A stretch of 32,000 nucleotides of DNA from NCBI GenBank assembly GCA_035390665.1, contig DAOOUC010000007.1:1-32000 (forward strand), given 5' to 3'. The position numbers and the translations under genes are program-made. Source of the DNA: an archaeon. GTDB lineage: Archaea > Iainarchaeota > Iainarchaeia > Iainarchaeales > CSSED10-239. Each line of letters begins with the position of its first letter. The first letter of the stretch is position 1. Below, piece after piece: positions 25,789-32,000 of this stretch. The notes below the pieces were generated by a model. That model made no database searches. It was not told the origin of the DNA and saw only the letters and a program-made list of their open reading frames with translations.

Positions 25789-26448
25789 TTATTCTAATAA
25801 TTTATCTTTTATTTTCTTTATTTTTGTTTTAGATTTAATTATGTAATGTCTTTTCGCATGTTCCACTAAAAGAGCATGATATTCTTGGTATATCTTGAAA
25901 TCTTTTGGAAGGTTATCCATAAATAGTTTTTGTATTTCTTCGTATTTTGCATTTTTTTTAATAATTTTAAGATTTAATAATATTCTTATAGTATATGCAT
26001 CAACAACAAAGATTGGTTCTCTATGTGCATATAAAAGAATGGAATCAGCTGTTTCTTTTCCAATTCCTTTAACTGAAAGAAGTTCGTGTCTTGTAGGCAT
26101 TCTGTCTTTCAAAGATAAATAAAATTTAGAAATATCAACAAGTCTTTCATATTTTTGATTATAATAGCCAACAGATTTAATTGCGTGTTTGATAATTTCT
26201 TCATCTTTTTCTATTATTGCTTTAGGATTCAGTAAATCGTTTTTCTTAAGATTATAAATTGCTTTTTCAACATTTTTCCAAGAAGTACTCTGAGTTAATA
26301 TTGCCCCAACATATACTTCAAATATTTGAGAATGTGTTTTAATTAAATAATATTTCCCTGGATGATAACCAATATCAGATAATGGCCACCAACCCTGTGG
26401 TCCATAGTTTGTAAGTAAAACATCATATATTTTTTGTATAGTATTCAT
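25789..26448 (-). CDS. Endonuclease III-related HhH-GPD DNA glycosylase (COG2231-like, no Fe-S cluster motif)
   Basis: The HhH-GPD motif is LLSVKGIGKETADSILLYAHREPIFVVDAYTIRIL, and there is no C-terminal Cys cluster. I start it at MNTIQKIYD (ATG at 26448) rather than at the 11-codon upstream extension. Its stop lies 1 nt from the giant gene's stop (convergent). Confidence 0.8.
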   Translation of the reverse strand: MNTIQKIYDVLLTNYGPQGWWPLSDIGYHPGKYYLIKTHSQIFEVYVGAILTQSTSWKNVEKAIYNLKKNDLLNPKAIIEKDEEIIKHAIKSVGYYNQKYERLVDISKFYLSLKDRMPTRHELLSVKGIGKETADSILLYAHREPIFVVDAYTIRILLNLKIIKKNAKYEEIQKLFMDNLPKDFKIYQEYHALLVEHAKRHYIIKSKTKIKKIKDKLLE

Positions 26449-26510
26449 AGCTTTTTCACAAATAATAATATAACAATACAATTATTAAATGTTTTTGTGT
26501 TATTGTTTTT

Positions 26511-27059
26511 ATGCTTAGAAGAATTTTAATATTTTTGTGTTTAGTTTTATTTTTAGGAACTTTATTTTATGTTCTTATCGAAAATAATAACAAAACAGAA
26601 ACAGACAAAACCTATTATTTCGGTTACGGAAGTAATATGGATATTGATCTTTTAAGAAAAAGGATTGATAATAATTCTATAGTTCCAGTAAGTTATGCTA
26701 AACTTGAAAACTATCGTCTAATCTTTCCAAGAGGAGTAGGTTCTGTTATTCCTGATGAAACTACAGATGTCTATGGTTGTCTTTTTCTTTTAACAAAAGA
26801 AGAAATAGCAAAACTGGATATTATTGAAGGATATAGAGAAGATAGAAATAAATCATTAAACAGTTACAATAGAGAATGGATAGATGTTTTGTCTCCAAAA
26901 GGTAAAAAAGTATCTGCAGAAATCTATATTCAGACAAACAATTCTGATGTAAATGCAAAACCAAGTAATAGTTACAAGCAAACACTTGTAAAAGGTGCAA
27001 GCGATTGTTCTCTTCCTGATTTTTATCAAGAACAATTAAAGCAAATTGAAGTTAGATAA
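26511..27059 (+). CDS. Gamma-glutamylcyclotransferase-like (AIG2/GGCT fold) protein with N-terminal TM/signal segment
   Basis: YYFGYGSNM matches the Y-G-S-N-(M/L) signature, and a later catalytic-type Glu lies in IIEGYRE. The N-terminal hydrophobic segment is ILIFLCLVLFLGTLFYVLI. Confidence 0.65.
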   Translation: MLRRILIFLCLVLFLGTLFYVLIENNNKTETDKTYYFGYGSNMDIDLLRKRIDNNSIVPVSYAKLENYRLIFPRGVGSVIPDETTDVYGCLFLLTKEEIAKLDIIEGYREDRNKSLNSYNREWIDVLSPKGKKVSAEIYIQTNNSDVNAKPSNSYKQTLVKGASDCSLPDFYQEQLKQIEVR

Positions 27060-27198
27060 TTTTCTTAATTTTGTGAATTTGTTATTTTTCGTAAAATTTT
27101 TGCATTTTCCCAAATAACATTTATATACTCTGCACTGGACAGCAACCCCCCCGAAAATGACACCGTTTTCTAATAACTATATTATTTTGTGAACAATT

Positions 27199-28008
27199 AT
27201 GAATAAAGTAAATGTATTAGGAAATGATATTTCATATTATACAAAACAGGAAAACGACTATATTTCTTTAACAGACATGGTTAAAAATTTAAATAATGGT
27301 TTAGTATTAATAGAAAAATGGTTAAGAAATAAAAACACTATTGAATTTATAGGGATTTGGGAAGAAATGAACAACCCTGAATTTAATTCCCCCGAATTCG
27401 GGGGAATTAAAAATGAAGCAGGAACAAATAGATTTGCATTGTCTGTAAGTCAATGGATAATTAGAACAAATGCTATTGGAATTAAAGCAAGTGCAGGAAG
27501 GTATGGCGGAACCTTCGCACACAAAGATATTGCTTTTGAGTTTGCTTCATGGATATCTCCTAAATTTAAATTATATCTTATTAAAGAATTTCAAAGATTA
27601 AAAATAGATGAAAGTCAAAGGTTAAAACTTGATTGGGACATTAAAAGAAATCTTGCTAAAATTAATTATCATATACACACAGACGCTATAAAGAACAATT
27701 TGATTCCTGAAAAGATATCTAAAACAAAAGAATATTTAATTTATGCAACAGAAGCAGATATCTTAAATCTTGCTCTTTTCGGATTAACTGCAAAAGAATG
27801 GAAAAATAATAATCCTAAATTAGAAGGGAATATTAGAGATTATGCAGATATTTCTCAATTAGTTTGTCTTTCAAATCTTGAAAACTTAAATGCGTTGTTC
27901 ATTAAAGAAGGAATGGACAAATTAGAGAGATTGAAAAAATTAAACATTATAGCAATTGAGCAAATGACTATTTTAACTAATCAGCAAGTAATTAAAAAAT
28001 TAAAATAA
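27199..28008 (+). CDS. KilA-N domain DNA-binding protein (phage/mobile-element-associated family)
   Basis: The ISLTDM..WLRNKNTIEFIGIWEEMNNPEFN..EF..IKNEAGTNRFALSVSQWI..TNAIGI..GRYGGTFAHKDIAFEFASWISPKFKLYLIKEFQRLK pattern is characteristic of the widespread about-270-aa KilA-N proteins. Confidence 0.75.
   Translation: MNKVNVLGNDISYYTKQENDYISLTDMVKNLNNGLVLIEKWLRNKNTIEFIGIWEEMNNPEFNSPEFGGIKNEAGTNRFALSVSQWIIRTNAIGIKASAGRYGGTFAHKDIAFEFASWISPKFKLYLIKEFQRLKIDESQRLKLDWDIKRNLAKINYHIHTDAIKNNLIPEKISKTKEYLIYATEADILNLALFGLTAKEWKNNNPKLEGNIRDYADISQLVCLSNLENLNALFIKEGMDKLERLKKLNIIAIEQMTILTNQQVIKKLK
27382..27411. repeat. Perfect 30-bp palindrome with G5/C5 core centred on GAATTC, inside the KilA-N CDS
   Basis: TTTAATTCCCCCGAATTCGGGGGAATTAAA equals its own reverse complement, checked base by base from 27382 to 27411. 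It encodes ..FNSPEFGGIK.. Confidence 0.9.
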
Positions 28009-28012
28009 GAAG

Positions 28013-28085
28013 TGGTCCTGCCCGGATTTGGACCGGGGATCTCTGCCATGTGAAGGCAACATCATAACCGCTAGACCACAGGACC
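28013..28085 (-). tRNA. tRNA-Val (anticodon CAC)
   Basis: The reverse complement GGTCCTGTGGTCTAGCGGTTATGATGTTGCCTTCACATGGCAGAGATCCCCGGTCCAAATCCGGGCAGGACCA folds as a 73-nt cloverleaf. The anticodon loop is TTCACAT and the discriminator is A. No CCA is encoded. The T-loop reads TCCAAAT, so position 55 is C rather than the usual U. Confidence 0.88.
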
Positions 28086-28652
28086 TTATTGTAATTTATA
28101 GGTTTTTTCTATAACACATCTTCTTGTTGGTTTTTTAGCTGTAGAATATTTCATAATTGTAATATTATCAAAATATGAATCAAAGTATTTTTCTTTTCCT
28201 TTTAAGAATTTCATAATTTTGGGATATAGCTTTTCATTACATTCTTCAGTAATAGTTGTGTGCAAATGTATTCCATTGTCTTCAATATTTTTGTGCCAAG
28301 TTAGCCATTTTAGTTTTTTTAATTCTTTGTGTAATTCTAAAATTATATTATTTATTTTTTGCGATTGACTTCCTTTTACAAAAACCACTCTTTTATGAAA
28401 ATTATCAAATCCACCAACTTTTATTTTTTGTTTAGTGTGTGTTTTTGAAAATTTAGAAAGAGTTTCTTTTAATTTCTCTAATTGTTTTGTATTTGCTTTA
28501 AATTTGTATTTTAAAGTAAAGTGTGCATAATTGTTTGCTTTCTTAGTGTGCATAAGACCAAATTCATTAGCGATTGCGCATACTAAATCTCTTCTATAGT
28601 TATCTATTTCTTTATTATGCAAAAAAAACAAACAATATTCCATATTATTCAT
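28086..28652 (-). CDS. 2H phosphoesterase superfamily protein (LigT / 2'-5' RNA ligase-like cyclic phosphodiesterase)
   Basis: This about-188-aa protein has two H-x-T/S-x motifs at the expected spacing (AHFTLKY and HLHTTITE). Its stop codon directly abuts the 5' end of tRNA-Val, and it begins 3 nt after the aspS stop. Confidence 0.6.
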   Translation of the reverse strand: MNNMEYCLFFLHNKEIDNYRRDLVCAIANEFGLMHTKKANNYAHFTLKYKFKANTKQLEKLKETLSKFSKTHTKQKIKVGGFDNFHKRVVFVKGSQSQKINNIILELHKELKKLKWLTWHKNIEDNGIHLHTTITEECNEKLYPKIMKFLKGKEKYFDSYFDNITIMKYSTAKKPTRRCVIEKTYKLQ

Positions 28653-28655
28653 CCT

Positions 28656-29930
28656 TTAAGGAGTTAATCTTTCTGGATCTCTTGGAAGAAGTACTGCTTC
28701 TTTGACGTTAGCAAGATTTAACATTAATTGTGTGATTCTATCAAGCCCTAAACCGGCACCGCCATGACTTGGAACACCATAACTTAACATCTTAACATAG
28801 TAGTCCATGTCTTCTAAGGACATTCCTTTTTCTAAGATTTGTTCTTTTAGAACAGAAGTTCTATGTTCTCTTTGAGCACCAGTTGATATTTCACAACCTT
28901 TCCAAATAAGATCAAAGCTTTTTGTTATCTTTAATCCATCTTCTTTCTCGTCTTTACACATATGATAGAATGGTCTTTTAGTGAATGGGAAATCAGTTAA
29001 GAAAACAAATTCAGAATTATATTTTTCTAAAACATAATCTCCAAGCATTTTTTCTCCTTCTGAATCTAAATCTTCTTCAGGAGGATAGTTTTTTCCTTTT
29101 GTTTTAAGAATAACTTTTGCTTCTTTCATTGTTATTCTTGGAATTTTTTCTGGTATCTTAATTTCAACCTTTAATATTTCAAGTTCTTGTTTACATTCTT
29201 TATCTATTTGTGTTAAAGTATATTTTAACATTTCTTCAAGAACAACCATTACTTCTTCTGGGTCTTTGATATATCCCATTTCCATATCAATTCCAGTAAA
29301 TTCAGTTAAATGTCTAGTTGTGTGACTTTTCTCTGCTCTAAATACTTCTCCAATCTCATAAACTTTATTAAATCCCCCAGCAATCATCATTTGCTTATAA
29401 ACTTGAGGAGATTGTGAAAGGAATGCTTTGTTTCCAAAGTAATTTATTTCAAATAATTCTGCTCCGCTTTCTACACCATTACTTACCATTTTAGGAGTGT
29501 TCATATTTATGAAACCTTGATTATCAAAGAAATCAGTAACTGCTCTAACAATCTTTGATCTAACTTTAAATATTGCAAGATTTTCTGGAACTCTTAAGTC
29601 CACATATCTGTAGTTGATTCTTGTATCAAATCCACTTTCAATCTTTCCAGAGATATCGAGAGGAACAGGAGCATCAGAAATGGAAAGAATATCTAAGGTT
29701 TCAGGAATCACTTCATAGCCATTCATTGCTTGTTCAGAATCTTTTTTAGTTCCAGAGACAACAACAACTGATTCTTTAGTAACCTCTTTTGCTTTGTTGA
29801 AAAGTTCAGGATTATCTTTCTTAAAGAAAGTAATTTGTTCTTTCTTGTATTGGTCTCTTAAGATAAAAAACATTAAGTTTCCAAAATTTCTTATCTCTGA
29901 GACATAACCTCTTGCTATATATTTTTCCAT
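28656..29930 (-). CDS. aspS: Aspartyl-tRNA synthetase, archaeal/eukaryal (short, 424 aa) type
   Basis: It has an N-terminal OB anticodon-binding domain. The class II motifs are FRAEKSHTTRHLTEFTGIDMEM (motif 2) and GGAGLGLDRITQLM (motif 3). An AGGTG Shine-Dalgarno lies upstream. Confidence 0.95.
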   Translation of the reverse strand: MEKYIARGYVSEIRNFGNLMFFILRDQYKKEQITFFKKDNPELFNKAKEVTKESVVVVSGTKKDSEQAMNGYEVIPETLDILSISDAPVPLDISGKIESGFDTRINYRYVDLRVPENLAIFKVRSKIVRAVTDFFDNQGFINMNTPKMVSNGVESGAELFEINYFGNKAFLSQSPQVYKQMMIAGGFNKVYEIGEVFRAEKSHTTRHLTEFTGIDMEMGYIKDPEEVMVVLEEMLKYTLTQIDKECKQELEILKVEIKIPEKIPRITMKEAKVILKTKGKNYPPEEDLDSEGEKMLGDYVLEKYNSEFVFLTDFPFTKRPFYHMCKDEKEDGLKITKSFDLIWKGCEISTGAQREHRTSVLKEQILEKGMSLEDMDYYVKMLSYGVPSHGGAGLGLDRITQLMLNLANVKEAVLLPRDPERLTP

Positions 29931-29951
29931 TTTCTAACACCTTTATTTTTT

Positions 29952-31874
29952 TTATTTATTTCTAGATATCCTTTTCTCTTTGATTTCTTCATGTAGTTCT
30001 TTTATGAACGCTTCAATTTTTTGTTCTCCAAGTATTTCATTGTCTCTTGTTCTTATGTTTACTGTTTGATTCTTTGCTTCGCTGTCTCCGACTACAAGGA
30101 TGTAATTGATCTTTGAAAGCTCTGCATTTCTTATCTTCTTGTTCATTGTTAAAGCATTATCGTCTATCTCAACACGAAGACCTGCTTCTTTTAATTTCTT
30201 AGAAACAAAAGATGCATAGTCATTATGTCTGTCAGCGATTGGAAGCACAATTACTTGGACAGGAGAGAGCCACAATGGAAACTTTCCTTCAAATTCTTCA
30301 ACTAAGATTCCTAAAAATCTCTCAACACTACCATAGATTGCTCTGTGTATCATTACTGGTCTCATTTTTTCATTATTTGGTCCTTCATAAGTTAAATTAA
30401 ACTTCTCAGGCATTTGGAAATCAAGTTGTATTGTTCCACATTGCCAGTCTCTTCCAATTGCATCTTTTAAATGGAAATCAATCTTTGGTCCGTAGAAAGC
30501 TCCATCTCCCGGATTAAGCTTGTATTCTTTACCAAGAGTTTCAAGAACTTCTTTAAGAGTGTCTTCAGCTAAATCCCAAAGTGCTGGATCTCCCATTGCT
30601 CCTTCTGGTTTAGTTGAAAGTTCCATGTGATAAGAAAAACCAAAGACCTTGTAAACTTCGTCAAGAAGATTAATTAAATCAATAATCTCGTCTTTCATTT
30701 GATCTCTTGTACAAAATACATGAGCATCGTCTTGAGTAAAGCATCTTACTCTAAACATTCCTGAAAGTGCTCCTGAAAGTTCATGTCTATGAACTAATCC
30801 AAATTCTCCTGCTCTTATTGGTAAGTCTCTATAAGAGTATTGATGTGCTTTATAGACTAAAAGATTACCAGGACAGTTCATTGGTTTAACTGCAAAGTCC
30901 TGATCATCTATTTTTGTAAAATACATGTTGTCTTTATAGTGATCCCAATGTCCTGATTGTAACCATAATGATTTGTTTAGAATCATTGGTGTTTTGTTAA
31001 TCTCATAATTTCTTTCATAAAGTTTTTCTGTTAAAAACTCAACAAGTTTATTCCATATAATTGTTCCTTTTGTGTGAAAGAAAGGCATACCTGGTGCTTC
31101 TTCTTGGAAACTGAAAAGATCTAATTCTCTTCCAATCTTTCTATGGTCTCTTTTAGCTGCTTCTTCTAATCTAGTTAAGTATTCTTTTAGTTCTGTTGCT
31201 GACTGGTAAGATACACCATAGATTCTTTGTAATTGTTTATTCTTAGCATCTCCTCTCCAGTAGGCTCCTGATGCCTTTAATATTTTGAATGCTTTTATTT
31301 TTCCACTTGATGGGATGTGTGGTCCTCTACAAAGATCAATAAATTCTCCAAGCTTGTAGTAGGATAATTTCTCGCCTTTATCTTTAAGTTCATTTATCAT
31401 TTCTGTTTTGTAAGGTTGGTTCTTGAAAAGCTCTAAAGCTTTGTTAAAATCAACTTCATACCTTTCAAACTTAATATCTTCTTTAATAATTTTATTTACT
31501 TCTTCTTCTATTTTTTGTAATTCTTCTTCAGTAAAAGCCCTATTGATATCTACATCATAGTAGAATCCTTCATCAATTGCTGGCCCAATAGCAAATTTAA
31601 CTTCAGGGAATAATCTTCTAATTGCAAGAGCCATGATATGTGAAGAACTATGCCAAAAGATTTCCTTACCTTCTTTATCTTTATAAGTTATTACTAAAAA
31701 ATCTGTGTCTGTGGTAATAGGTGTTTCTAAGTCTATCAACTTCTGGTTTATTTTAGCAGCCATAGCTACTCTGAGTAGTCCTTCTCCAATATTTTCAAGG
31801 ATAACTTCCTTTGCTTTTTTTCCTGATTCTATTTCTTTAATATTACCATCAGGAAACTTTACATTTATTTTCAT
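29952..31874 (-). CDS. thrS: Threonyl-tRNA synthetase (TGS + editing/SAD + class II core + anticodon-binding domain)
   Basis: It contains the TGS-like N-terminus MKINVKFPDGNIKE, then HSSSHIMA, HRHELSGALSGMFRVRCFTQDDAHVF and RPVMIHRAIYGSVERF. The start is placed at the ATG at 31874, which has GGAGG 8 nt upstream. The in-frame ATG at 31889 overlaps that Shine-Dalgarno and is less likely. Confidence 0.95.
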   Translation of the reverse strand: MKINVKFPDGNIKEIESGKKAKEVILENIGEGLLRVAMAAKINQKLIDLETPITTDTDFLVITYKDKEGKEIFWHSSSHIMALAIRRLFPEVKFAIGPAIDEGFYYDVDINRAFTEEELQKIEEEVNKIIKEDIKFERYEVDFNKALELFKNQPYKTEMINELKDKGEKLSYYKLGEFIDLCRGPHIPSSGKIKAFKILKASGAYWRGDAKNKQLQRIYGVSYQSATELKEYLTRLEEAAKRDHRKIGRELDLFSFQEEAPGMPFFHTKGTIIWNKLVEFLTEKLYERNYEINKTPMILNKSLWLQSGHWDHYKDNMYFTKIDDQDFAVKPMNCPGNLLVYKAHQYSYRDLPIRAGEFGLVHRHELSGALSGMFRVRCFTQDDAHVFCTRDQMKDEIIDLINLLDEVYKVFGFSYHMELSTKPEGAMGDPALWDLAEDTLKEVLETLGKEYKLNPGDGAFYGPKIDFHLKDAIGRDWQCGTIQLDFQMPEKFNLTYEGPNNEKMRPVMIHRAIYGSVERFLGILVEEFEGKFPLWLSPVQVIVLPIADRHNDYASFVSKKLKEAGLRVEIDDNALTMNKKIRNAELSKINYILVVGDSEAKNQTVNIRTRDNEILGEQKIEAFIKELHEEIKEKRISRNK

Positions 31875-32000
31875 TTCTGATTCCTCCATTTTGTTGACAC
31901 CTAAATTTTCCTATTACCACATAGTTAATTTTAGGTAAGGTCTATAATATATTATATAAAACAGAAATAAATATAAATAAACAAGAAAAAGAGAAAAAGT

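Noticed and set aside
26449-26481. An 11-codon N-terminal extension of the endonuclease III-like gene (MYCYIIICEKA).
   Set aside because: The homologous family N-terminus starts at MNTIQKIYD, and the extension has no support.
27131-27166. A GC-rich patch (TGCACTGGACAGCAACCCCCCCGAAAATGACACCG) upstream of KilA-N, considered as a tRNA fragment or att site duplicating the tRNA-Val 3' end.
   Set aside because: It has no cloverleaf and no match to the tRNA-Val 3' half (CCGGGCAGGACCA or its complement). I kept only the C-run/GAA similarity to the 30-bp palindrome, noted under that finding.
1-32000. A scan for CRISPR arrays, rRNA genes, transposases or integrases, toxin-antitoxin pairs and known defence-system signatures.
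   Set aside because: No regularly spaced direct repeats beyond the three 10-mers at 20691-20721 were seen. There were no rRNA-like conserved blocks, and no DDE, tyrosine or serine recombinase motifs in any ORF.
1-32000. Alternative genetic code (e.g. UGA or UAG reassignment), as seen in some small-genome lineages.
   Set aside because: All motif-supported genes are intact and of normal length under the standard code. The only disruption (7811-7815) is a frameshift, not an in-frame stop.

Overview
The window is very AT-rich (by eye about 25-30% GC, not computed) and tightly packed, with about 35 genes and several overlaps or abutments of 0-8 nt. It probably comes from a small-genome archaeon (DPANN-like, Woese-/Pacearchaeota style) rather than a bacterium, but this is an inference. 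The support is tRNA sequence style (tRNA-Leu D-arm GAGCGGTCAAAGG, tRNA-Val starting GGTCCTGTGGTCTAG, no encoded CCA), a 424-aa archaeal/eukaryal-type AspRS, and an AF0577-like radical SAM/SPASM enzyme. GGAGG/GGTGA ribosome-binding sites are present but do not discriminate the two domains. Housekeeping genes are thrS, aspS, four tRNAs, an endonuclease III-like glycosylase, a P-type ATPase 3' fragment, a ZIP transporter and a MacB-type ABC transporter. Envelope genes (GT2 synthase operon, GT4, TVP38) and bacterial-looking signalling genes (DisA, a frameshifted SpoT-type HD hydrolase) sit among them. The most interesting region is 15.6-25.8 kb. It holds a membrane-anchored papain-like protease, then an operon on the minus strand encoding a small TM peptide, a secreted protein, a membrane-tethered wHTH regulator and a DUF333-Kazal fusion. 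That operon faces a 1657-aa secreted giant protein across a repeat-containing intergenic region. The giant protein carries NlpC/P60-like, YkuD (L,D-transpeptidase) and SLT-like (lytic transglycosylase) motifs, a peptidoglycan-directed toolkit in an organism that should have no murein. Other oddities are a perfect 30-bp GC-cored palindrome inside a KilA-N gene next to tRNA-Val, and a hairpin-rich leader in front of tRNA-Ser. No rRNA, CRISPR array, integrase or transposase was seen. All domain calls come from motif recognition by eye, not from searches.
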